Shown piece after piece: positions 10,863 to 21,730 of a stretch of 64,000 nt of DNA (the first letter of the stretch is position 1; every line of letters starts with the position of its first letter). This stretch comes from Histomonas meleagridis 2922-C6/04-290x (Eukaryota; Protista; Parabasalia). The stretch spans positions 62,001 through 126,000 of the forward strand of contig JAANOX010000071.1 in NCBI GenBank assembly GCA_020184695.1. Direction: 5' to 3'. The position numbers and the translations under genes were made by a program. The notes beneath the pieces were generated by a model. The model did no database searches. It worked only from the letters and a program-made list of their open reading frames with translations, and was not told where the DNA came from.

Positions 10863-11333
10863 ATGGCTGAATTGATTGAGATTTCAAAAAATCCTCAAGC
10901 CCAAGCCATTCTTAAAGGCTTTCGTTTATTAAGCCTCACAATAAAAAATTCAGAAACCGGTGAGAAAGTTTGGAGTTCAAATAATTGGGCTGATGATGTA
11001 TTCACAACTGTAAAAGAAGCACATCTTCCAGCTCGTTTGCTTAGCTTCAAAGCAGTTGGACGCGAAATCGTATTTTCCACAAAGGAAGCAATCAAAGATT
11101 TTCGCATTGAACAAAACGTTTTAATTCATGGTACACATGCTGAAGAATGGGATTACAAATTTGGGTTTGTAATGCCAGAATCAGAAAATTCATGGGAAAC
11201 TATTGTTGAAGCAGCAGGAGAAGGCAAAATGCTTCCTGCAGAATATTTAAGTGGGAACATGTTTATTGTCACGAGTTTTTATTCAGGTGATCTCTTTATT
11301 TCTCGTAGCGTTGTTCAGGTTTTCTATGAATAA
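10863..11333 (+). CDS. PDE6D: PDE6-delta prenyl-binding protein
   Basis: ILKGFRL...DSETG-like segment, EEWDYKFGFVMPESENSWETIVEAA, MLPAEYLSGN; Inr at 10855. Confidence 0.9.
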   Translation: MAELIEISKNPQAQAILKGFRLLSLTIKNSETGEKVWSSNNWADDVFTTVKEAHLPARLLSFKAVGREIVFSTKEAIKDFRIEQNVLIHGTHAEEWDYKFGFVMPESENSWETIVEAAGEGKMLPAEYLSGNMFIVTSFYSGDLFISRSVVQVFYE

Positions 11334-11424
11334 GGTCTGATCCCTTTCCAAATAAAGAAAAAAAAACGATAAAAATGGCAAATTTTATTTTGAATGAAAT
11401 TATTTCGTCAAGTTATACTTTTGA

Positions 11425-12030
11425 ATGTTTCTTCCTTTGTTTGGGTTGAGATTTTCACCCTATACATCAACAGCGTTTCCGACTCCTTCAGCTGAAGCCC
11501 AGCCTTCTGTGAAGGACTCTTTTGATTATTATGAAGAAATTGCAAATAAACAAATTGAAGAATTTCTCCAAAAGTGTTCTATTTATTTTAATGATTCCAA
11601 AAATCAAAGAAAAAGAAGGGCAGGAATTTCATTGTCGTCAGTTGCATTATCAACAGTATTTTCATTATTTTCATACTTTTTTGCTGTGATTATTATGAAA
11701 ACACGAAAAGCTGTGGAACTAAAACCAAATGACACAGAGGTTATTCCACAAAAAAATTATTGTTTGTTTTCATTGAATCAATCTTATATTGAATTATTTT
11801 CTTTTAACCCAGAAGTTTCTCATTTAAGCACAGAGTGCTCTGTTGCATGGGAAACTATTATAGAAGATAATAATTTTCACAAAACAGATAAAATTGATGA
11901 AAAGCCAACAAAAACATATCTACCTCCTGCATCAGATTTCGAATTTTTCGATAAAGCAAAAATACCAAATCAAAGTGCAGCATCACCTCGTATTAGTAGA
12001 TCACTTTTTCTTTATGAGAATTGGTATTAA
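11425..12030 (+). CDS. Hypothetical membrane protein (signal-like N-terminus, one TM segment)
   Basis: 201-aa ORF with hydrophobic segment VALSTVFSLFSYFFAVIIM. Confidence 0.55.
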   Translation: MFLPLFGLRFSPYTSTAFPTPSAEAQPSVKDSFDYYEEIANKQIEEFLQKCSIYFNDSKNQRKRRAGISLSSVALSTVFSLFSYFFAVIIMKTRKAVELKPNDTEVIPQKNYCLFSLNQSYIELFSFNPEVSHLSTECSVAWETIIEDNNFHKTDKIDEKPTKTYLPPASDFEFFDKAKIPNQSAASPRISRSLFLYENWY

Positions 12031-12225
12031 TTAGAATCCTTTTCCTTTTTGTTATTTGATAAATCAAACATATAATGTCTTGTTGTTTTATAAAGCACCG
12101 GTATACTAAATATGTTGTAGTTTTATAATTTCTTATTTTATTTCATGTCGTTTGAACGAATTTTTTTTTTTGCAAATTGTATGGTTTACTATAGGGCAGC
12201 CCAACAAAAACAAAAAAACTGTTCG

Positions 12226-12651
12226 ATGCTCAGCCAATTTAAAAATAATTTTGCTAAAGTCACAAAGGCTAAGGTTCTTAATATCGAAGGATTCGATTGG
12301 TTTTGTACAAACAAAAATGGACAGGGAGTTATTCTTTCAACTGATAACAAAGGGTGTGCTCCAACACCACCAGATTCATTAATGATGAGCCTCGGGGCAT
12401 GTGCAGCTGACTCTTTGAAATTTCTTCTCGAAAAGCATGGCAAGATGGTGAAAAATATTATTACAAATATCGAAGCAGACTGGGAAATCAGTCCCAAACG
12501 TAGAATTAGTGAATTCCGTCTCAATTTTTTGGTTGATACTGATGATACATCTCAAGAACTTCTTGATCAGCTTACTTCTCAAGTTGAAACAAAAATGTGC
12601 ACTGTTGCACAAACACTTCAATGCGCTCCTGTAGTTAAGCGTATTGATTGA
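12226..12651 (+). CDS. osmC: OsmC/Ohr-family peroxidase, probably hydrogenosomal
   Basis: Two family cysteines (SLGACAA, KMCTVAQTL) and PTPPDSL. The likely start MLSQF resembles a hydrogenosomal presequence. Confidence 0.8.
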   Translation: MLSQFKNNFAKVTKAKVLNIEGFDWFCTNKNGQGVILSTDNKGCAPTPPDSLMMSLGACAADSLKFLLEKHGKMVKNIITNIEADWEISPKRRISEFRLNFLVDTDDTSQELLDQLTSQVETKMCTVAQTLQCAPVVKRID

Positions 12652-13271
12652 TTTTTTAAGCAGATAGCAGTAAATGAAAGATAATTCTGGAAATTGTTGT
12701 AAACTATTTGTTTACAGTTTCCTTTCAAAAATATTGTGAACGTTTGAAAAAAGGCTGCTCTTTTTTGAATGCGATTGAACGTTCCGGCGAAGCATTTTCT
12801 ATACCTTTTGATCGTATGCATGCAGTTTCCTGTTGTAAAAGCGGCAGAAAATTTGAATGAAAATAAAATAACTTTTTAAGAGATATAGATTTTGAAGGAG
12901 TTAAAAAAAGTACAGAAAAAGGCGTTATTTCAAATAGGTTCTATCAAGCATGACACACTAAAAACTCATACTATCTGCTCTTATTTGTGTCGAAATCGAA
13001 AGGAAAAGATTGACAAATTAAAGGCATAAGTTGTCATTACTTCTAATTTCGAATATTTTGAGAATATGACGGGAAAATGTTATTTTAGTTTGATCGAACA
13101 GCTGAAATAAACTATTCAAAAGCACATTTTGACCGTGTGTTAACGCATTGAATAAGCGGATTCTATCTGCCCCTCAAAAGTTTATTTACTCACAAAAGTT
13201 TATTTTTGAATTAATTCTTCGTGTCGTTTTTTTGAAGCTTGGAAATTTGAGAAAATTTTCCAGAATTACAG

Positions 13272-14297
13272 ATGCTCCTCAACTCAGGACACCAAATCAG
13301 CTTAACAGAGATCGAAGAAGTTCTGCCAGAACACCATTACCACTTCAAACGACCTGTTGGCGCTGGTGGATTTGGGTCTGTTTTTCTTGTACATTCAGCT
13401 CGATATAACCAAGACTTTTGTATCAAAAGAATTAAACACCCAATATCTGCATTCGATGAAACTAAAAACGAGGCAACAACATTAATCAAACTATGTCATC
13501 CAAATATTATTTCTATGTACGAATTCTTTTTTGATGAAGCACGCACACATTTATACATTGTTTTAGAGTATTGTAGCGGTGGGTCTTTAAAGGACTTCAT
13601 TGAAAAAGAAGGTCCGATAAAACCACCAAAATTATATTCATATTGTTATCAAATAATAAAAGCCTTGTTATACTGTCATGAACAAAACGTTGCTCACAGA
13701 GACATAAAACCTGCAAATATCTTATTAGATAATTATGGAAGACCAAAACTTGCTGACTTTGGTCTAAGCAGAAAGTTGACGAAAGGGGAAGTTGTTAATA
13801 GCTGTGCAGGATCTCGTCCATATATGGCTCCGGAAGTAATAACTCGACAAAATGCAGATCCTTTTTTAGCTGACATTTGGTCACTTGGTATTACGTTTTA
13901 CACAATTGCATTTGGGAAGCTCCCATGGGCAACTCAAAAAATCGAAGAGTTAGAGATGGCAATTCAAGTTGGAATCTTCAATTTTCCTTCTTGTGCCGAT
14001 CCGTTATTTTGCAAGTTGATTCATTCGATGACCGCTGTAAACCCCTCAAAAAGAGAACCGCTGGCAAAACTGCTCCGATCGCCACTTTTTGAAGGAGTAC
14101 AGAAGTACAGCTATGCATCTCTTTGTCACTCTTCGAGAGGACCAGAAAATCGTGACCAAGTAATGAACAGAAGATCACTGTCTGTGTTACCTGCGGCAGT
14201 TTCTTATAACAGAATTTCAAATAGAGTAAATAAGTTTTTGGTAAAGAAACCAGAAATAAAGCAGAACACCATGCTGCCGAAGACTTTTGGAAAATAA
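13272..14297 (+). CDS. Ser/Thr protein kinase (CAMK-like)
   Basis: GAGGFGSV, HRDIKPAN, DFG, GSRPYMAPE, DIWSLG. Confidence 0.9.
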   Translation: MLLNSGHQISLTEIEEVLPEHHYHFKRPVGAGGFGSVFLVHSARYNQDFCIKRIKHPISAFDETKNEATTLIKLCHPNIISMYEFFFDEARTHLYIVLEYCSGGSLKDFIEKEGPIKPPKLYSYCYQIIKALLYCHEQNVAHRDIKPANILLDNYGRPKLADFGLSRKLTKGEVVNSCAGSRPYMAPEVITRQNADPFLADIWSLGITFYTIAFGKLPWATQKIEELEMAIQVGIFNFPSCADPLFCKLIHSMTAVNPSKREPLAKLLRSPLFEGVQKYSYASLCHSSRGPENRDQVMNRRSLSVLPAAVSYNRISNRVNKFLVKKPEIKQNTMLPKTFGK

Positions 14298-14663
14298 TGT
14301 TTGAATAAATCGGGTTTGCTTTTAAATTTGATTGAATGAAATCTCTTCAATAGAAAGGAGGATTCCATAAAATTTTTGTGATTGTAAATTTACACTATGA
14401 ATAAATTCAATGCTAAAGTCCAGAAACACTTCTGTTATAAAACCGCTTTTACCAATGACTTTTCTGGCAAACGAACTTGGTGGCTGGGAGTACGTTAAAA
14501 TGCGATCGACGCCTAAATTTCGGTTTAATTGATGTAAAGTAGCCAATCATTGTGTGTTGCGGTTTGAAAAAAAGTAAATATTAGATTATTTTGCGAGAGA
14601 GGAAACACTGAAAGGAAACGTTCTTCCTTTAAAAAAGATTTTTTTTTACAAAATATATTTTTT

Positions 14664-14972
14664 TTAATATATTTCACATCCCTTCGAATCTTTTTCTTTT
14701 TTTGCTATGAAAGCCCGAATTGCTAATTCGAAAACTTCGTTTACACTTGAGTATTTATCAACAGAGCACTCGATATAGCCATAAGCACCAATCATTGCTT
14801 CCCCTTGTTGTGTTGTAATTATTTCTTCCGAAGAGCTATTATCTATAAGGTCATTCTTCAAACCAGCTAGAATGAATGGTACTCCTTTGCAATATTTTCT
14901 AATGTCTTTTAATAACATTTGTTCGTAGCTACCAAAACTGTTGCAAGATAAAAAGCGCCTGACTGTATACAA
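14664..14972 (-). pseudogene. 5'-truncated Rho/Rac GTPase fragment
   Basis: VPFILAGLKNDL (G4), AYGYIECS (G5) and a CEIY C-terminus are present. There is no P-loop or switch region upstream. Confidence 0.7.
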
Positions 14973-15117
14973 AAAGTCGATGATATAAACTTGTCAAAAA
15001 GTTGGCAACTTATTTACATGTAAATGACATAAAAAGTCACTGAGTAAATTAATCAAAAAGTTAATGACGTTTATTTCGAATAAGGTTAAACAATTTGTCT
15101 CAAATCAACCTTAAAAT

Positions 15118-16096
15118 TAAGGATGGGTATCGATAAATATCGATAAAATAAACAGTTTTATCGATATTTATCGATTATCCTGATAAAAAAAGTGACAATC
15201 TGCATTCAAAATTTTCATATCGTTCTGAATGATAATATTCAAAATTTCATCATAAAAATAAAAATATCTCGTGAAAATGGATATATATTTATGCTAAATC
15301 AAACTGACAGTAATTACAATTTCTGGGAGTTATATTATCTATCTAATTCAAATGGTATATCCATAAAATTGATTTTCGAAAATTTAGGAGCATTAATTAG
15401 AATGCTATCAAGATAAAGTATTCTAATTGTGGTTACACATTTAGTGCATTTGCGATTAAGAATCAATTTCAAACATCGCAAAACTCCACATTTTTCAAAA
15501 AGTGGTATCGGTCGGTAGTACTACCACTTGTTACTTTTTAAAATATCTTCTTTTTGATTATTTCATTGGAATAATTTTCGCTTCGCTCAAAACGTACTTT
15601 AACATAATGCTAATATCGCAAATTTTATATGATAAAATCAAATGCAATTATCAGCCCCCATATAAAACGAACTAAATTTATATAAATTTAGTCAAATAAA
15701 ATTGCATTTAATTTAATCTTCCAATTCATATATTTTTAATGCATTTTGAGTTCTACTTATAGTGTTTTAATGCTTGTTTATTTTGGTATTAAAAGTTTAA
15801 ACTAAGTTTCGAAAAAAATATATCAATTATCATTCTCACTAAATTTTAATATTATGCATAATTATATTCTAGATATTATTGGTAAATTCTTTATAACTAA
15901 AATAGTTTGTATATTCATGATTATTCATGAGATATTTCAGTTTTATTGATTTTTATTTGAATGCTAGAATGCTATCGTCAATTACGATACAAGAAATTTG
16001 AATATAAGTTGGTCACTTTTTTTATCAGGATAATATCGATAAAATCTGATATTTTTATCAGCGGTTTATCGATATATCAGAGCCCACCCAACCCTA
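15118..16096. mobile_element. Non-autonomous DNA transposon/MITE, hAT-like termini
   Basis: Ends TAAGGATGGG / CCCAACCCTA; exact 22-bp subterminal inverted repeat TTATCCTGATAAAAAAAGTGAC at both ends; clustered ATCGAT motifs; no transposase ORF. Confidence 0.65.
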
Positions 16097-16107
16097 CTAA
16101 ATAGGGG

Positions 16108-17004
16108 ATGATGTTCACTCCATTCATTTCAGCTGTTTTTTGCTCTTCAAAATTTTTCGAACTGTATTTTTGTCCCCTATTACAAAACAAGCACACCTAA
16201 ATTTAAAAATTACACGGACGTTGAATTTCAAGATGTAATCTTCCAAAATCCTGTTGTTTTAGCTTTAGTAATTGTCCCACACCCTCTATCAGAGCAAGCT
16301 CAATATTTATTTTCAAACTCACTTAATATTTTATCTAAACGTCCGTTGTTTACTTTACTTATTTCTTCTGATGTTCCTCAACTTGTATCTACCTTTCAAT
16401 ATGAAAATCTTTTTCTCGTACTATATCAATCGGGCAGAATATATAACTCATGTGAATGTCCAACTAGTGAATTAATTACAGCTAAACCCGAACTTGTATC
16501 AATTATCAAATCTATTTCCAGAAATCAGGTTTGGAGTAGTTCCAATGGAAACATGGTTACTTCTATCACGTGACAAATTGTTTGATAACGTTGAATTCAA
16601 ACGTTGAAATATTTCAGCGAGGAAATACCTGAAATTATCGGAAATGAAAGTGTACAAAAAATTGTTGGGTTAACTTACAAAGATTTCATAGAAAGCGAGA
16701 GCTACGATGCAGTCGTTCTCTCCTCACCAGAATTTGGTCCAAATTTCCCTCGAAAACGCCGATGAATTGGCAAAAAGTGGCAACGATAAAATAAAGTTTG
16801 GAATTTTGGATCCGATACGAAACGCTTCACCTTTAGGTTTTCCTGTTTTTGTTCAAAGGCCACACATCGAAATATTTCCAAGAGGATCTAAGAATGCTAT
16901 CCTTAATGAATCGAGGTGCATTTTTGAGGTTTTTGAATGATTGCTCAACATCAAAAATTGATCTCGATATCCCTGAATTGACAAAGGTAAAAATTCATTT
17001 GTAA
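16108..17004 (+). pseudogene. Fragmented PDI/thioredoxin-like secretory protein gene
   Basis: Signal-peptide-like start, then segments in different frames including FSEEIPEIIGNESVQKIVGLTYKDFIESESYDAVVL (PDI a'-domain entry pattern); at least 4 frame breaks. Confidence 0.5.
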
Positions 17005-17499
17005 GTGTTTACTTATATATAAATTTTCTAATTGAGGATGTAGTTCGGAAGATTTGGCAAAAAGTATCAAATCATTTGATGAAATAAAAAAGAAATCAAA
17101 AGATTCATTCTTTAAGATTTTTTAAAAATAACCATATGTTTATCACCTATAAGATATATTCTTTAAAACTACATACGCAGAATGAAAAATAAAATTGATG
17201 AAAAATCAATCATAACAATTCGTTTGTATGCATGGGCTGATATATTTTATTATATCTTTTCCTAAATGTATCACTTTTGATCAAACTTAATAAATTATTT
17301 TCTCGTTCATCATGTCTATATTTTCAACATCTCAAACTACCTTCATCTTTTAAAATTATGAAAATAAATTCATTATAACCATTAATTTTATTCATTAATT
17401 TTTATATTAAGATTTTACATGAGTCACGATGACTATTTAAGCGAGTTATTCTTGACAATTATTATAATATTATTCTCAACAAAACATACATTTACTTGG

Positions 17500-20400
17500 T
17501 AATTTTTCACGAATTAATTGAACAACTTCGACATGAGAATTTTTTGCTGCCAACTTGAGCGAAGTTTCAAATAAATTTAATAATTTCCAAATATTTTTTT
17601 TGAGTTTTAAACAATATAAATAAATATGGTTCAGAATAATTTAACATCTTTTGTCATAATATCAATTTCTTCTTGTTCAAGAAGTAATTTAACGATTTCT
17701 ATTTTACCATTTTCAGATGCATGCATAAGTGCTGTTTTAAATAATTTAAATAACTTCCAAATATCATCTTGAAATATTAAATTATTAAAAGAAAAATAAA
17801 ATAAAAGAAATAAATATCTTTATCATTAATATCAATTTCTTCTTGTTCAAGAAGTAATTTAACGATTTCTATTTTACCATTTTCAGATGCATGCATAAGT
17901 GCTGTTTTAAATAATTTAAATAACTTCCAAATATCATCTTGAAATATTAAATTATTAAAAGAAAAATAAAATAAAAGAAATAAATATCTTTATCATTAAT
18001 ATCAATTCTTTCTTGTGCAAGAAGTAATTTAACTATTTCAATGTAACCATTAGTAGATGACCATATTAAAGATGTAGATAATAATATGAAAAAATTCCAA
18101 ATATTTTTAATGGATGCCAAATAATTAAAATAGATAATAATAGATAAAATCTAATGTCTTTAGCATTAATATCAATTCCTCTATGCATAAGAAGCTTTTT
18201 AGCAATAAAACTGTAACCATTCCGAGATGCATAAATAAGAGCTGTGGAAAACAAATTATATTAATTCCAAAAATTATTTTGTTATCCAAAATGATTAAAA
18301 TAAATTTTATCTTTAGCATTAATATCAATTCCTTCTTGTTCAAGAAGTAATTTAACGATTTCTATATAACCTTTATTAGTTGCATATATAAGTGCTGTTT
18401 GAAATACTTTGAATAATTTCCAAATATTATTTTAAAATATCAAATTATTATGTAAAATATCGTATAATATAAATATGCTAATTTCAGATTAATATCAATT
18501 CCTTGAGCAATAAGTATATTAATAATTTCAATGTTTCTAATATCTATTGCATAAATAAGTAATGAGTTGTATATTCAGATGAAACTTCAAATATTTTATT
18601 GAAATCAAAATTGATTTAATTAAATTTTATATAAAAACAAATAAATATTTATATCATTGATATCAAATCCTTCGTGTTCAAGAAGTAATTTTAAGATTTC
18701 AAAGTAACCTTTTTCCAACGATATAATAAGTGATGTATAAAATAATTTAAATAAATTTTAGCTTTAGCATTAATATCAATTCCTTCTTTTTCAAGAAGTA
18801 ATTTAAAGATTTCTGTATGACCTTTTTCCAATGATATTATAAGTGCTGTATTAAATAATTGAAATAATTTCCAAATATTATTTTGAAATATAAAATAATA
18901 AAAATATAAATCATATCTTTAGCATTAATATCAATTCCTTCTTGTTCAAGAAGTAATTTAACGATTTCTGTATTACCTTTTTCCAATGATATTATAAGTG
19001 CTGTATTAAATAATTTAAATAATTTCCAAATATTATTTTGAAATATAAAATTATTAAAATAAATTTTAATTAAAACAAATCAATATTTTTAGCATTAACA
19101 TCAATTCCTTCTTGTTCAAGAAGTAATTTAAAGATTTCTGTATTACCTTTTTCCAATGATATTATAAGTGCTCTTTCAAATAATTGAAATAATTTCCAAA
19201 TATTATTTTTGAAATATAAAAAAATAATAAAAATAAATCATATCTTTAGCATTAATATCAATTCCTTTTTGTTCAAGAAGTAATTTAACGATTTCTGTAT
19301 AACCATTTTCCAATGATATTATAAGTGCTGTTTTAAATAATTTAAATAATTTCCAAATATTATTTTGAAATATAAAATAATAAAAATAAATCATATCTTT
19401 AGCATTAATTTTAATTCCTTCTTGTTCAAGAAGTAATTTAACAATTTCTGTATTACCCTTTTCAGATGATATTATAAGTGCTGTTTTAAATAATTTAAAT
19501 AATTTCCAAATATTATTTTGAAATAAGAAATTATTAAAATAAATATTAATTAAAACAAATCAATATTTTTAGCATTAACATCAATTCCTTCTTTTTCAAG
19601 AAGTAATTTAAAGATTTCTGTATGACCTTTTTCCAATGATATTATAAGTGCTGTATTAAATAATTGAAATAATTTCCAAATATTATTTTGAAATATAAAA
19701 TAATAAAAATAAATCATATCTTTAGCATTAATATCAATTCCTTCTTGTTCAAGAAGTAATTTAACGATTTCTGTATTACCTTTTTCCAATGATATTATAA
19801 GTGCTGTATTAAATAATTTAAATAATTTCCAAATATTATTTTGAAATATAAAATTATTAAAATAAATTTTAATTAAAAACAAATCAATATTTTTAGCATT
19901 AACATCAATTCCTTCTTGTTCAAGAAGTAATTTAAAGATTTCTGTATTACCTTTTTCCAATGATATTATAAGTGCTGTTTCAAATAATTGAAATAATTTC
20001 CAAATATTATTTTGAAATATAAAATAATAAAAATAAATCATATCTTTAGCATTAATATCAATTCCTTTTTGTTCAAGAAGTAATTTAACGATTTCTGTAT
20101 AACCATTTTCCAATGATATTATAAGTGCTGTATTAAATAATTTAAATAATTTCCAAATATTATTTTGAAATATAAAATTATTAAAATAAATTTTAATTAA
20201 AACAAATCAATATTTTTAGCATTAACATCAATTCCTTCTTGTTCAAGAAGTAATTTAAAGATTTCTGTATTACCTTTTTCCAATGATATTATAAGTGCTG
20301 TTTCAAATAATTGAAATAATTTCCAAATATTATTTTGAAATATAAAATAATAAAAATAAATCATATCTTTAGCATTAATATCAATTCCTTTTTGTTCAAG

Positions 20401-21730
20401 AAGTAATTTAACGATTTCTGTATAACCATTTTCCAATGATATTATAAGTGCTGTTTTAAATAATTTAAATAATTTTCAAATATTATTTTGAAATATAAAA
20501 TTATTAAAATAAATTTCAAATAAAACAAATAAATACCTTTAGCATTAATATCAATTCCTTCTTGTTCAAGAAGTAATTTAACTATTTCTGTATGACCATT
20601 TTTAGATGCTAACATAAACGCTGTTTGAAACAAATTAAATAATTTCCAAATATTATTTTTAAATTCTAAATTATTAAAATAAATATAGAATAAAACAAAT
20701 AAATATCTTTAGCATTAATATCAATTCCTTCTTGTTCAAGAAGTAATTTAACTATTTCTGTATAACCATTTAAAGATGCTAATATCAATGCTGAATAAAA
20801 CAATTCAAATAATTTCCAAATATTATCTTGAAATAAAAAATTATTTAAATAAATATCAAATAAATCAAATAAATATCTTTAGCATTAATATCAATTCCTT
20901 CTTGTTCAAGAAGTAATTTAACTATTTCTGTATAACCATATCGAGATGCTGATGTAAGTGCTGTATCAAATATTTTAAATAATTTCCAAATATTATCTTG
21001 AAATAAGAAATTATTAAAATAAATATAGAATAAAACAAATAAATACCTTTAGCATTAATATCAATTCCTTTTTGTTCAAGAAGTAATTTAACTATTTCTG
21101 TATTACCCTTTTCAGATGATATTATAAGTGCTGTTTTAAATAATTTAAATAATTTCCAAATATTATTTTGAAATAAGAAATTATTAAAATAAATATTAAA
21201 TAAAACAAATAAATACCTTTAGCATTAATATCAATTCCTTCTTGTTCTAGAAGTAATTTAACTATTTCTGTATAACCTTCATCAGATGCCCACATAAGTG
21301 CTGTTTTAAATAATTTAAATAATTTCCAAATATTATTTTGAAATATCAAATTATTAAAATAAATTTTAATTAAAACAAATAAATATCTTTAGCATTAATA
21401 TCAATTCCTTCTTGTTCTAGAAGTAATTTAACTATTTCTGTATAACCAGAATAAGATGCATACATAAGTGCTGTTTCAAATAATTTAAATAATTTCCAAA
21501 TATTATTTTGAAATAAGAAATTATTAAAATAAATTTTAAATAAAACAAATAAATACCTTTAGCATTAATATCAATTCCTTTTTGTTCAAGAAGTAATTTA
21601 ACTATTTCTGTATTACCCTTTTCAGATGATATTATAAGTGCTGTTTTAAATAATTTAAATAATTTCCAAATATTATTTTGAAATATCAAATTATTAAAAT
21701 AAATTTTAATTAAAACAAATAAATATCTTT
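17500..21730 (-). repeat. Ankyrin array B: ~26 units of 90-nt module plus spacer (80 or 63 nt)
   Basis: Spacer starts 21645, 21475, 21305, 21135, 20965, 20795, 20625, 20455 (period 170), then alternating 153/170; modules are stop-free. Confidence 0.95.

Noticed and set aside
12618-12821. Short ORF downstream of OsmC
   Set aside because: No recognisable motif, and it overlaps the OsmC 3' end.
14971-15061. Four AAAAAGT motifs and small palindromes (ATTTACATGTAAAT)
   Set aside because: Irregular spacing (25, 35, 24) and low complexity make these expected by chance in AT-rich DNA.
19550-20113. Spacer translated as a 21- or 27-aa loop insertion (read-through ORF)
   Set aside because: This works only where spacers happen to be 63 or 81 nt and stop-free. 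Most are 80 nt, and other 63-nt spacers contain in-frame stops.
21475-21560. Reading the spacer as a canonical or U12-like intron AAAG|GT(AT)ATTT...AAAACAG|CA
   Set aside because: GT occurs only in the AKG copies. The AG is part of ACA-GCA and is lost in TPL/TAF/SAL/NSL copies (ACG CCA, ACT GCT, ACA CCT, AAT TCT). No CTAAC branch site is present, and splicing there would delete the conserved D and T, giving 28-aa repeats.
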